A DNA stretch of 53,944 nucleotides, taken from an uncultured virus (IMG/VR IMGVR_UViG_3300025889_000079) (taxonomy: Duplodnaviria; Heunggongvirae; Uroviricota; Caudoviricetes). Shown here in pieces: positions 17,341-27,648 of the stretch. The notes under the pieces were generated by a model, which saw nothing but the letters and a program-made list of their open reading frames with translations, was not told where the DNA came from and made no database searches. Where the stretch lies: IMG/VR virus record IMGVR_UViG_3300025889_000079; one strand, 5' to 3'. The stretch's first letter is position 1; each line of letters begins with the position of its first letter. A program made the position numbers and the translations under genes.

Positions 17341-18371
17341 AAAAACTTGTTACAATAGGAACATCAACTGCTTTAAATCAATTAGAAAATACGTTAACTA
17401 ATTTAGGTTCAGGAATTTACGATTTACATTCTATTAAACTTAAAAGTAACGATAATAAAATTATTGATATAATAGACTTATACAAAATTAATAATGCTGA
17501 CGCTGTTATAATATTTGGTACTTGGGGTAGTAATGATATTAATAGAATATGGAGTCCAAAAGGTACTAAAGATTGTCCAACCGCTGAAGATGGTAACCAA
17601 AGACGACAAGCTTGGTTAGAACTATTAAATTCGTTTGTTGTTAATTACTGTAAATCTATTAATAAGAAAGTTATTGTTATAGAAACTGCTACATTAAGTA
17701 GAATAAGAATAATAAAAGATAATAAAAAACATTGGAAAGACGTTTCTCCTTTTTATTATAGAATGGCTTTAAATCATTGGACTTACGGTATAGGTACATT
17801 TTGTAAACCAAAAGGAAGTGATAGACTAGATGAGTTTTACAAATATAACTTTTTAGCTTTAAAAGATATAAAACCTGTTATAGATAATTTTACTTGGAGA
17901 AATAATAAACAAGGTAAAATATTATTATGTCCAGGATTAGAAAATGATCCTACAAGTACAAAACCAGTTGACGATTTCGTTAAAGATACAATTGAAGAAT
18001 TGAAACAATATACAAAAAGAGAAATATTAGTTAAACCACATCCATTGTCTAGGTTTAATTTTAAAGATTATAATGTACTATCTAAAGAAACAACTATAAA
18101 AGATATTTCATCTGAAATTTATTGTGCAGTTATAGATAATAGTACATCTATTTTTGAATTAATACATTTAGGTATACCTTGTTTTACATCTCAATATAAT
18201 TTTGGATACAATTTAAAAAATATAGATATAAAAAATATAGAAGATCCATATTATGCAACACCTGAAGAAGTAAAGAGTTGGTATGAAGAAATGAGTTATA
18301 CTGAATTTTCATTTAACGAATTTTCAAATCAAAGTATTTTTAAATATATAGATGAGTTATTAGAATTATGA
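17337..18371 (+). CDS. Capsule-biosynthesis-like (KpsS/KpsC-like) glycosyltransferase
   Basis: ILVKPHP and NSTSIFELIHLGIP motifs. Confidence 0.6.
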   Translation: MKKLVTIGTSTALNQLENTLTNLGSGIYDLHSIKLKSNDNKIIDIIDLYKINNADAVIIFGTWGSNDINRIWSPKGTKDCPTAEDGNQRRQAWLELLNSFVVNYCKSINKKVIVIETATLSRIRIIKDNKKHWKDVSPFYYRMALNHWTYGIGTFCKPKGSDRLDEFYKYNFLALKDIKPVIDNFTWRNNKQGKILLCPGLENDPTSTKPVDDFVKDTIEELKQYTKREILVKPHPLSRFNFKDYNVLSKETTIKDISSEIYCAVIDNSTSIFELIHLGIPCFTSQYNFGYNLKNIDIKNIEDPYYATPEEVKSWYEEMSYTEFSFNEFSNQSIFKYIDELLEL

Positions 18372-18913
18372 GTTTACCAGAACATTTAGGAGGACATAAA
18401 GGCCGTACACATATTGATACAGGCCTATTAGAGTTTGCAAAAGAACTTGGTTGTCAATCTATGTTAGATATAGGTTGTGGTCCAGGTGGGCAAGTGTATG
18501 AGGCAGATAGATTAGGCTTAAAAGTATTAGGTATAGATGGTGATTATACTTTAACAAGAGATAAACCTGAACTATTTGTTATACACGATTTTACAAAAGG
18601 TAAGTATCAATTAACAGAACAATATGATTTAGTTTGGTGTTGTGAATTTGTTGAACACGTGGCAAAAGAATATGAAGATAATTGGATGAGTTTAATTGAA
18701 AATGCAAAGTATGTTTTTATCACATATTCAGAACCTGGCAAACCAGGACATCATCACGTAAATTGTGAACCTTTAGATTATTGGATTGAGTTATTCAATA
18801 AATATGGTTTTAGATTAAGGGCAGACTTGACAAGTAAATCTAAACTTAAATCTACTATGCAAAGAGAGTTTTGGAAAGAGAACGGATTAGTATTTCAAAA
18901 TGATAAGATTTAA
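18368..18913 (+). CDS. Class I SAM-dependent methyltransferase
   Basis: MLDIGCGPG, YDLVWCCEFVEHV. Confidence 0.85.
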   Translation: MSLPEHLGGHKGRTHIDTGLLEFAKELGCQSMLDIGCGPGGQVYEADRLGLKVLGIDGDYTLTRDKPELFVIHDFTKGKYQLTEQYDLVWCCEFVEHVAKEYEDNWMSLIENAKYVFITYSEPGKPGHHHVNCEPLDYWIELFNKYGFRLRADLTSKSKLKSTMQREFWKENGLVFQNDKI

Positions 18914-19586
18914 TACAAAAGAATTAAAAGAATTTTATAATAAAAAAGATTATGCTCCTCACGAGCATATATTTGGGTTTTTAAATGATAATATTTTTTA
19001 TGAATTATTAGATAGTTTTCCAGATGATGTTCTTTTTAAAAATGAATTTCCTGAAACAAGAAAATTAAATCAAAGGCCACATTGTAGAAGGTTTATGTGT
19101 GTTTATAACAATAAACAAAGTCCGTATTTTAAAAGTTATAAAGTAGAGTTAAATCAACTTCCTGAATTATGGCAAGAACTTTGTACATCTATATTAGATC
19201 CATTAGGAGAATATCAAAGATGGATAAAAGAAACTTTACAAATAAAAGAATATAATATACGTTTTGATTTTCATAGAACACAAAGTGGTTTAGATGTTTC
19301 ACCTCACGTAGATAGTATTGGTAAATATGGATCACATTTGTTTTACTTTATGCCTGAAGGATGGCAAGAAGATTTTGGTGGTAAAACAATTTTTTATAAA
19401 CAGAAACTTATCAAAGATATGAATCCTGAATCTCATAATTTTAAAGAGTCATTATCTTATCCTGTTGTAGGTAATTATTCTTTATTATTTAAAAACACAC
19501 CAGATGGATGGCACGGTGTAACACAAGTTAAGAACGAGAATGATTTACACAGACAATTATTTAATGTAGTGATATTAAAAAAATGA
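18900..19586 (+). CDS. 2OG-Fe(II) oxygenase
   Basis: PHVD ... WHGV ... R facial triad and 2OG-binding Arg. Confidence 0.8.
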   Translation: MIRFNTKELKEFYNKKDYAPHEHIFGFLNDNIFYELLDSFPDDVLFKNEFPETRKLNQRPHCRRFMCVYNNKQSPYFKSYKVELNQLPELWQELCTSILDPLGEYQRWIKETLQIKEYNIRFDFHRTQSGLDVSPHVDSIGKYGSHLFYFMPEGWQEDFGGKTIFYKQKLIKDMNPESHNFKESLSYPVVGNYSLLFKNTPDGWHGVTQVKNENDLHRQLFNVVILKK

Positions 19587-20299
19587 AACAAACAATTTAT
19601 AATGCAACAGGTGATAAAATAGATTATCAAATAGATTATGAAGAAGTTAATGGTCTTAAATTTCATAATGTAGGCCGAGTTATTTCTAAACGTATTAAAT
19701 CTTTTTATACAAAAGAACCTAAAACATTAGAATGGATCAATTCATTTAAATCAAATAGTAACTTTGTAGATATAGGTGCAAATATAGGAGTGTATTCTTT
19801 ATATGCAGGTCAAAAAGGTCATAATGTTTATGCGTTTGAACCTCAAGCATTAAACTTTGCAGAATTATATACAAATATTTATTTAAACAATCTACAAAAT
19901 CGAATACAAGGATATGGTTTTGCATTAAGTAATGTTAATAGTATTGAGTATCTATCTTTAATGTCAATGGTACCTGGTCAATCTCATAATGACTATGCCA
20001 TAGATAAACCAAATCAATTAAAACAAGGATGTGTTGGATTTACATTAGATCATTTAATTGAAACAAAAGTTATACCTCAACCTGATTATATTAAAATAGA
20101 TGTAGATGGTATAGAACTTAAAGTATTACAAGGTGCAGTTGAAACAATTAAAAAGTGTAAATCAGTATTGATTGAACTTACAGATGTTAATGTTTTAAAA
20201 ACAATAAAAGATTTAAACTTTATAGTTGATGAAAATATGACTTATAAGTTAAGTGAAACGGAAACTAATTATGTGTGCAATTCACGGTCTATTATATAA
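19583..20299 (+). CDS. FkbM-family methyltransferase
   Basis: FVDIGANIG, AFEP, IKIDVDGIE. Confidence 0.9.
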   Translation: MKQTIYNATGDKIDYQIDYEEVNGLKFHNVGRVISKRIKSFYTKEPKTLEWINSFKSNSNFVDIGANIGVYSLYAGQKGHNVYAFEPQALNFAELYTNIYLNNLQNRIQGYGFALSNVNSIEYLSLMSMVPGQSHNDYAIDKPNQLKQGCVGFTLDHLIETKVIPQPDYIKIDVDGIELKVLQGAVETIKKCKSVLIELTDVNVLKTIKDLNFIVDENMTYKLSETETNYVCNSRSII

Positions 20300-22085
20300 T
20301 AACAAAGAAGATATAAACAAGATGATAGTTAAGGCTCATCATAGAGGGCCTGATGGTAATGGTTCTTGGTCAGATGAACACATCACTTTAGGCCATAATC
20401 TTTTATCTATTGTAGATACAGAAATCAACTCACAACAACCTTGGTTATATGAAGATTTAATTTTAGTTTATAATGGTGAAATCTATAACTATAAAGAGTT
20501 ACAAAACGATTTAAATTATCAGTTTCAAACAAATACAGACACCGAAGTATTAGCAGTAGGATTAAAATTACAAGGTATAGATTTTATAAACAAACTTGAT
20601 GGTATGTTTGCGTTTGCCTGTTATAATAAAACAACAAAACAATTAATACTAGCAAGAGATAGTAATGGTATAAAACCTATCTATTATGGTTACAAAGATA
20701 ATAAGCTATGTTTTTCTTCCGAGATTAAAAGTTTATTAGAGATAGGATTTAAAAGAAAGATTTGTAAACAAGCGTTAAAACATTATTATAAACAAGGATA
20801 CAATTCAGGTTATTTGACTTTGTTTGAAGGCATTAAAAAAATAGTTCCTGGTGAAGTTAAAACTATTAATGTTATTACTAATTCAGAAACTTCATTTAAC
20901 TTAAATAATTTAAATACTATACCTTTATTATTTAATATAACAGCGTCAAAATATGATGAGTTATTAAAAGAATGTACTGAAAGATTACATCAAGCTGTTA
21001 AAATGACTTTAATGGGTAGAAGAAATATAGGTTTATTTTTAAGTGGCGGCTTAGATAGTACGTCTATTTTATATGAGATGAATCAATTACAAAATAATCC
21101 TAATACATTTACATCTTTTTTTGATGTATCTTTACCTGATAGTAAATTAAATGAAGATAGTAATGTTGCAAAAAGATATTGTGCAGATTTAAAAGTTTCA
21201 AATCATCAACTATTTCAAAATGAACAATCTTATGTTGATTCAATGGACAATACTTTTTATGCGTTAGAAGAACCTAGACAAGGTAAAAGTTTTACAACAT
21301 ACTATAATACAAATAAATTTTTATCAGAACACGGTATTGTTGTTACATTAAGTGGTGATGGAGGAGATGAAGTATTAACTGGATATAAACATCACGGTAT
21401 GGGTAAATGGGAAACTAAATTAAATTCTTTGGGTATGAATAATGATAATTTAAAAAACCCAGAATTAGAAATAACACTTAAAGAACAAATGGATTATTTA
21501 AACTCTTGGTTGCCTACAGGAGGTTTACAGGGAGATAATATTAATGATATGATGTATATAGAATGTTTAAATACCTTGTGTGATGATTTTTTTATTCGTA
21601 ACGATAAATTAGGTATGAACTTTAGTATGGAAGGAAGATTTCCATTTATGTTAAAAGTTTTTAGAGATTTTATAAGAAGTATACCTGGTCGTATAAAGTG
21701 TGGAGCTAGTAAAGAATTAGGAGGAGGATTTGCTCCTAAATTCTTTTTTAAAACTGCTTATACAAACAAATTGCCTAAGTATATTACTGATAAAAAGAAA
21801 ACAGGATGGAGATTTCCAACAGATGAAATAATAATAGGTACGGCAGATCATCCAGGTAAAGATAATAGTTTATTAAGACAATATATAATAGAAACATTAA
21901 AAGATAAAGAAGTACAAGATATTTTTGAATTTAATAATGATAAAGTTGAAAACATATATTGTAACAATAGAAACTTTACACCACCTGTAGGATCTAAATT
22001 TCCTCCAGGTATGAGAAAACAAAAAGAATTATTTACTATACTAAATTTTGCAGTATGGAAAAAAGTATTTAATATGACTATATAA
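20271..22085 (+). CDS. asnB: Asparagine synthase-like glutamine amidotransferase
   Basis: N-terminal MCAIHG, HRGPD, NGEIYN, LSGGLDS, SGDGGDE. Confidence 0.92.
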   Translation: MCAIHGLLYNNKEDINKMIVKAHHRGPDGNGSWSDEHITLGHNLLSIVDTEINSQQPWLYEDLILVYNGEIYNYKELQNDLNYQFQTNTDTEVLAVGLKLQGIDFINKLDGMFAFACYNKTTKQLILARDSNGIKPIYYGYKDNKLCFSSEIKSLLEIGFKRKICKQALKHYYKQGYNSGYLTLFEGIKKIVPGEVKTINVITNSETSFNLNNLNTIPLLFNITASKYDELLKECTERLHQAVKMTLMGRRNIGLFLSGGLDSTSILYEMNQLQNNPNTFTSFFDVSLPDSKLNEDSNVAKRYCADLKVSNHQLFQNEQSYVDSMDNTFYALEEPRQGKSFTTYYNTNKFLSEHGIVVTLSGDGGDEVLTGYKHHGMGKWETKLNSLGMNNDNLKNPELEITLKEQMDYLNSWLPTGGLQGDNINDMMYIECLNTLCDDFFIRNDKLGMNFSMEGRFPFMLKVFRDFIRSIPGRIKCGASKELGGGFAPKFFFKTAYTNKLPKYITDKKKTGWRFPTDEIIIGTADHPGKDNSLLRQYIIETLKDKEVQDIFEFNNDKVENIYCNNRNFTPPVGSKFPPGMRKQKELFTILNFAVWKKVFNMTI

Positions 22086-22088
22086 ATA
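22081..22088 (+). promoter_or_regulatory. T4-type late promoter
   Basis: Exact TATAAATA before SD AAGGAG and the nucleotide-sugar genes. Confidence 0.7.
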
Positions 22089-22108
22089 AATTTAATAAGG
22101 AGAATATT

Positions 22109-23266
22109 ATGAAATATCCATTAGCCTGTGATACTTGGGATCAAAGAGAATTAGACGCAATACAATCAGTTATTAAAAGTGGCCGTTATACAATGGGGCC
22201 TAAAGTAAAACAATTTGAAAAAGAGTTTTGCGATTACTTTAAATGCCAAGACGCCGTGATGGTCAATAGTGGTTCTACTGCTAATCTTTTAATACTTGCA
22301 TTACTTAAATACAAATACAATCTAAAAGGAGATATTATTGTACCAGCAGTTAGTTGGTCAACAACTTTCTTTCCTGTACATCAATATGGATTTAGATTAA
22401 ACTTTGTAGATATTGACAAAGAAACGTTAAACATAGATCCAAATAAGATAGAGAACGCAATAACAAAAGATACTTGTGCTATCTTTGCAGTTAATCTACT
22501 AGGCAATTCTTGTAACTATGAACGTTTAAATGAGATTGCAGAAAAACATAATCTATTATTAATAGAGGATAACTGTGAAAGTTTAGGTGCAGTAACCGAT
22601 ACAGGCGTGTACACAGGTACGGCAGGTCATTTAGGCAGTTTCTCCTTTTTCTTTAGTCATCATTTACAAACAATGGAAGGTGGAATGATTGCTTGTCAAA
22701 ATGGTGCAGACGCAGATTTTTTAAGATCATTAAGAGCTCACGGTTGGTGTAGAGATTTACCTGATAATAATTCTATCTATGAAAAGACAGGTGATTCATT
22801 TAAAGATAGTTTTACGTTTGTTACTCCAGGTTATAGTGTACGACCTTTAGAAATGAGTGGTGCAATAGGTAGTGTGCAACTTGAAAAGTGGCCTAATATG
22901 AGAGAACAACGAGTTAGAAATGCAGAATACTTTGAACAAAAGTTTGAACAAATGCCTGGTGTGATTACACAAAAAGAAGTAGGTCGATCAAGTTGGTTTG
23001 GGTTTTCATTAGTATTTGAAGATCATCTAAAAGGCAAACGAGATTTAATTGTACAAAAATTTAAAGAAAACGAAATAGAAAGTAGACCAATTGTTGCAGG
23101 AAACTTTATGAAGAATCCTGTTATTAAATACCTAGATTATATTGATAACAATGATTATGATGTTGCAAACTATATACACGATAATGGTTTGTTTATAGGT
23201 AATGATGTTAGAGATTTAAAAGATAACATTGATGAAGTCTATAATATTATAAAGGAGATAAGATGA
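22109..23266 (+). CDS. colD: DegT/DnrJ-family PLP enzyme, ColD-like GDP-4-keto-6-deoxymannose 3-dehydratase
   Basis: VNSGSTAN, EDNCES, FSFFFSHHLQTMEGG (His in place of the catalytic Lys), LRAHGW. Confidence 0.75.
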   Translation: MKYPLACDTWDQRELDAIQSVIKSGRYTMGPKVKQFEKEFCDYFKCQDAVMVNSGSTANLLILALLKYKYNLKGDIIVPAVSWSTTFFPVHQYGFRLNFVDIDKETLNIDPNKIENAITKDTCAIFAVNLLGNSCNYERLNEIAEKHNLLLIEDNCESLGAVTDTGVYTGTAGHLGSFSFFFSHHLQTMEGGMIACQNGADADFLRSLRAHGWCRDLPDNNSIYEKTGDSFKDSFTFVTPGYSVRPLEMSGAIGSVQLEKWPNMREQRVRNAEYFEQKFEQMPGVITQKEVGRSSWFGFSLVFEDHLKGKRDLIVQKFKENEIESRPIVAGNFMKNPVIKYLDYIDNNDYDVANYIHDNGLFIGNDVRDLKDNIDEVYNIIKEIR

Positions 23267-24264
23267 ATAGAGCATTAATTACAGGTGTTACTGGCCAAGA
23301 TGGCAGTTATCTTGCTAAACTTTTATTATCTAAAGGTTATAAAGTCTTTGGTGGTGAAAGAAGAAGTACAACAAACAAATATTGGCGACTTGATGAAATG
23401 GGTATTACAGATGATATAGAATTTGTTGAACTAGATGTTATAGATCAAGCAAACATACGAAGAGCTATAGAAAAAACAAAACCAGATGTAGTGTACAATC
23501 TAGCCGCTCAATCGTTTGTAGGTTTATCGTTTGAACAACCTGAACTTGCTACATTAATAGACGCTATGGGCGTATTAAGAATAGTAGAAAGTATTAGACA
23601 GATCAATCCTCAAATAAAATTTTATCAGGCAAGTACAAGTGAACTTTATGGTAAAGTACACGAAACACCTCAAAAAGAAACAACTAAATTCTGGCCTAGA
23701 AGTCCTTATGGTGTTGCAAAGTTATATGGTCATCATATTACAATCAATTATAGAGAGTCGTATAAAATGTTTGCAAGTACAGGTATATTATTTAACCACG
23801 AAAGTCCTATGAGAGGAGAAGATTTTGTAACTCGTAAGATTTCTAAAGGTATTGCATTATGGAAAAAAGAACAAAGACCTATTATATTAGGCAATCTATA
23901 TGCAAAAAGAGATTGGGGACACGCTGAGGACTTTGTTGAAGGTATGTACAAGATAATGAATCATACACACGCAGATGACTTTGTTTTAGCAACTGGTGTT
24001 ATTCATACTGTAAAAGAGTTTTTAGAAATGACTTTAGATTATTTAAATATAAAATATTATTGGAAAGAAGATGAATGTTTTGAACAAGATACAGATATAT
24101 TAATTTGCACTACGGATAAGAAACATTTTAGACCTGCCGAAGTAGATATATTACAAGGTGACGCTACTAAAGCAAGAAATATATTAGATTGGAAACCTAA
24201 ACATACAGTACAATCTTTAATGATTGATATGGTAGAGGCTGATTTAAGAAGATATTATCAATGA
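23263..24264 (+). CDS. gmd: GDP-mannose 4,6-dehydratase
   Basis: ITGVTGQDGSYL, NLAAQS, QASTSELYG, SPYGVAK, FNHESP. Confidence 0.95.
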   Translation: MNRALITGVTGQDGSYLAKLLLSKGYKVFGGERRSTTNKYWRLDEMGITDDIEFVELDVIDQANIRRAIEKTKPDVVYNLAAQSFVGLSFEQPELATLIDAMGVLRIVESIRQINPQIKFYQASTSELYGKVHETPQKETTKFWPRSPYGVAKLYGHHITINYRESYKMFASTGILFNHESPMRGEDFVTRKISKGIALWKKEQRPIILGNLYAKRDWGHAEDFVEGMYKIMNHTHADDFVLATGVIHTVKEFLEMTLDYLNIKYYWKEDECFEQDTDILICTTDKKHFRPAEVDILQGDATKARNILDWKPKHTVQSLMIDMVEADLRRYYQ

Positions 24265-24986
24265 AAGATATTTTTGTAACCACATTTAATAAAAGATTAT
24301 ATGACGAGTATGCTCATCAACTTGTTAAGTCATATAGCAAAACAAATCAAAAGATACCTTTATACATTTATGTTGAAGATGATCTACAAAACTATTCTTC
24401 AATAGGGAATGTTACTTATGTTTCATTATTTAAAGAAGAACCAGAATGTAAAAAATTTGTAGAAAGAAATAAACACAAACCAAAAGAAAAGTTTTCATAT
24501 GACGCAGTAAGATTTTGTTATAAAGTATTTGCTCAAAATGCAAGTAGAAAATATGCTGATCGTATATTTTATATTGATAGTGATAGTGTGTTTATGAAAG
24601 AAATACCAGAACAATGGTACAATGATTTTTTACCACCTGATAAATTTCTAGCGTTTTATGATAGGCCTAAACAATATACAGAAACAGGATTTTTAGCATT
24701 TGATAATACCAAATCATATGCAAATGATTTTTTTAAACATTATACAGACTTATATGTAACAGATAAAGTTTATAATTTAAAGGCCTATACAGATTGTCAT
24801 ACTTTAGACGCTACAAGAAAACATTTTAAAGAGAATGTTAATGAGTATAAAGAAATACCTAGAGGAGATGGAGTGAGTGGACATATAATGGCAAGAGATA
24901 GTTTAATTCACCCATACATAGATCATAGAAAAGGTGGAAGAAAAGAACAAAAGAATAGTCCAGAATGGTTAAATAGAAGGAGTTGA
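24261..24986 (+). CDS. Putative GT-A glycosyltransferase
   Basis: YIDSDS DxD motif, ETGF, C-terminal H-x-KG. Confidence 0.6.
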   Translation: MKDIFVTTFNKRLYDEYAHQLVKSYSKTNQKIPLYIYVEDDLQNYSSIGNVTYVSLFKEEPECKKFVERNKHKPKEKFSYDAVRFCYKVFAQNASRKYADRIFYIDSDSVFMKEIPEQWYNDFLPPDKFLAFYDRPKQYTETGFLAFDNTKSYANDFFKHYTDLYVTDKVYNLKAYTDCHTLDATRKHFKENVNEYKEIPRGDGVSGHIMARDSLIHPYIDHRKGGRKEQKNSPEWLNRRS

Positions 24987-24987
24987 T

Positions 24988-25350
24988 ATGAAGGCAGGTA
25001 AAATATGGGGTCAAACAGAATTGATCCACGCAAACGGTGTATTAGAATTTCATAGAATAGAATTTAAAAAGAATGTTGCTTGTTCTAAACATAAACATAA
25101 GTTTAAGTGGAATGGGTTTTATGTAGAGTCAGGTAAGATGATGGTTCGAACTTGGCAACAAGGCAAACAAGAAGGACTGATTGATGAAACAACATTAAAG
25201 GCAGGCGATTTTACTAGAATTAAACCTGGTCTTTATCATCAATTTATAGGTATAGAAGATGGTGTAGCATTTGAATTGTATTGGGCCGAATTTGACCACA
25301 ATGATATTGAAAGAGAAACACAAGGACATAGAGTTAACGAGGATATATGA
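24988..25350 (+). CDS. Cupin-domain protein (sugar isomerase-like)
   Basis: GKIWG, CSKHKH, YHQF cupin motifs. Confidence 0.75.
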   Translation: MKAGKIWGQTELIHANGVLEFHRIEFKKNVACSKHKHKFKWNGFYVESGKMMVRTWQQGKQEGLIDETTLKAGDFTRIKPGLYHQFIGIEDGVAFELYWAEFDHNDIERETQGHRVNEDI

Positions 25351-26021
25351 TAAACGTTTTTATAGGATATGATAATAAAGAGAAGATAGCATATCACGTG
25401 TTATCAGAAAGTATATTACAGAATAGTACAAAACCTGTAAGTATAACACCTATTGCTTTAAATACAATCAAAGACGATTTTGTGAGAGAACGCAATAATC
25501 TATCATCTACGGAGTTTTCATTTAGTAGATTTATCATACCACATTTAATGAACTATCAAGGCTGGGCCTTGTTTATGGATTGTGATATGTTAATGATGGC
25601 AGATATAGCCGAACTATGGAGATTACGAGATGATAGATATGCCGTTCAAGTATGTAAACACGATTATACACCTAAAGGTGAAACAAAGTTTTTAAATCAA
25701 GTACAAACAAAATATGAAAAGAAAAACTGGTCTAGTTTTATGTTACTGAATTGTAAAAAGTGTACACAACTTACACCTGATTATGTAAACAAAGCAACAG
25801 GATTAGAACTACATCAATTTAAATGGTTAGAGGGTGAACATCTAATAGGAGAAATACCTTTAGAATGGAATTGGTTAGTAGGAGAATATGAATATAAAGA
25901 TAACGTAAAATGTGTTCACTATACAAAAGGTGGACCTTATTTTGAAGATTACAAAGGTTGTGATTATACCATAGATTGGTTTAATCTTTATCATAAAACA
26001 GTAAAAGTGAATTTGAAGTGA
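25347..26021 (+). CDS. GT-A glycosyltransferase (GT8-like)
   Basis: FIGYD, STEFSFSRF, FMDCDM, KNWSS, HYTKGGP. Confidence 0.8.
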   Translation: MINVFIGYDNKEKIAYHVLSESILQNSTKPVSITPIALNTIKDDFVRERNNLSSTEFSFSRFIIPHLMNYQGWALFMDCDMLMMADIAELWRLRDDRYAVQVCKHDYTPKGETKFLNQVQTKYEKKNWSSFMLLNCKKCTQLTPDYVNKATGLELHQFKWLEGEHLIGEIPLEWNWLVGEYEYKDNVKCVHYTKGGPYFEDYKGCDYTIDWFNLYHKTVKVNLK

Positions 26022-26827
26022 TACAAGGTTTTGAAACAAGAGAGATTACAGATATACCTATTAAAGCATTTGTTAAAAGTGTTAAAGGTATTCTACATCA
26101 AAAAGTTAAGACCGTAGAACAATATCAAAAGACAGAATGGCCTACATTTAAATCAGTAAAAGATTATCCGTGTGCAGTATTTGGTATATTAAGAGGCACA
26201 GCAGATATAATGAAAGAATGTAGAAAACAAAACCAAGATTATTATTACTTCGATCACTCTTATTTTTTAGGTAACAGACACGGCATTTCAAGTATTGTCA
26301 ATGATAAAGTTTATCGTATAACTAAAAACAACTATCACGTACAAGGGATTAAAAAACTTTATGATGATGATTATGAACGAATTGAAAAATATAAAGATCA
26401 TATAGATATAAAAGATTGGAAGTATGATGGTGATTATATTCTTGTATGTCCACCTTCAGAACATCAATTAAAATATCATAACATACCTAACTGGTTAAAT
26501 GATACTGTAAATAAAATAAAACAACACACTAAACGAAACATAAAGGTAAGACCCAAAACAAGTATGACACCATTAGAATCAGATTTAGAAAAGGCCTATG
26601 CTTGTGTTACGTTTCAATCTGTGGTTTGTTTAGACGCAGTATTAAATGGTGTACCTAGTTTTTGCGACCCTATTTCTATGGGAGTTGCAGTATCAGAAAC
26701 AGATTTAAGTTTAATAGAAAAACCATTATATTCACCTTGTAGATTAGATTGGATAGATACGTTATTAGCAAATCAATTTACGTTACAAGAAATAGAGAAT
26801 GGTACAGCCTGGAGAAAAGTACAATGA
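26018..26827 (+). CDS. Capsule-biosynthesis-like glycosyltransferase (paralogue)
   Basis: YFDHSY, ILVCPPS, VRPK, VTFQS...LNGVP; GTG start. Confidence 0.6.
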   Translation: MIQGFETREITDIPIKAFVKSVKGILHQKVKTVEQYQKTEWPTFKSVKDYPCAVFGILRGTADIMKECRKQNQDYYYFDHSYFLGNRHGISSIVNDKVYRITKNNYHVQGIKKLYDDDYERIEKYKDHIDIKDWKYDGDYILVCPPSEHQLKYHNIPNWLNDTVNKIKQHTKRNIKVRPKTSMTPLESDLEKAYACVTFQSVVCLDAVLNGVPSFCDPISMGVAVSETDLSLIEKPLYSPCRLDWIDTLLANQFTLQEIENGTAWRKVQ

Positions 26828-27648
26828 TAATCACTCATAATATGGATTGGAAGTTATGTCTATCTCATCAAATTTGGCCTGCCATACAAAAAGGTTGGCA
26901 AGACAAAGATAGACCTATACATTTCTTTTGGGGATTAGCAGGTAAGAATATAGAACTTATCAAAGAATGTATCATCAAAGAAGAAGAATGGTGGTATGTA
27001 GATGTAGGTTATATCACACAACAAATACAAAGATATCCAGAACCTAAAATATTAGATTACGATAAGACTTATTTTAGAATAGTCAAAGGTGCAATACACA
27101 CCACTAAAGGTGCAGTAGGTAATGGACAACGATTAACAAAAATAAGACAACAAGGCATAGACGCAGACTTTAAAGGTTGGCATACAGGTGAAACAAAACA
27201 CGTATTAATATGTCCTTCATCTCAAACAGTTACTTTACATATGAACGACCTAAATCAAAACGATTGGATTGAAGGTATCAAAACAGAATTACAAAAATAT
27301 ACAAATAGAGAAATACGAGTACGAAACAAACCAAGACCAGGTAATGAATTTTGGAATACAGATATAAAAGATGATTTAAAAGATTGTCATTGTGTAGTAA
27401 CCAATATGAGTTTATCTGCCATAGACGCTATTCTAAATATGGTACCAGTAATTGCAGATCAACGAAACTGTGTATGGCCTATATCATCACGTAATCTAAA
27501 GTTTGTAGAGAAACCTTTTAGAGCAGGCCGTAAGACAGTAGAAGAATGGTTAAAGTATATTACTGAACATCAATTTACCATAGAAGAAATACAAAATGGA
27601 ACTGCTTATCATACTTTAAAGTTTCAATATGAGTCAACAAAAAAATAA
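26824..27648 (+). CDS. Capsule-biosynthesis-like glycosyltransferase (paralogue)
   Basis: YVDVGY, VLICPSS, VRNKP, VTNMS...LNMVP; ATG at 26824 overlaps upstream stop. Confidence 0.6.
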   Translation: MIITHNMDWKLCLSHQIWPAIQKGWQDKDRPIHFFWGLAGKNIELIKECIIKEEEWWYVDVGYITQQIQRYPEPKILDYDKTYFRIVKGAIHTTKGAVGNGQRLTKIRQQGIDADFKGWHTGETKHVLICPSSQTVTLHMNDLNQNDWIEGIKTELQKYTNREIRVRNKPRPGNEFWNTDIKDDLKDCHCVVTNMSLSAIDAILNMVPVIADQRNCVWPISSRNLKFVEKPFRAGRKTVEEWLKYITEHQFTIEEIQNGTAYHTLKFQYESTKK

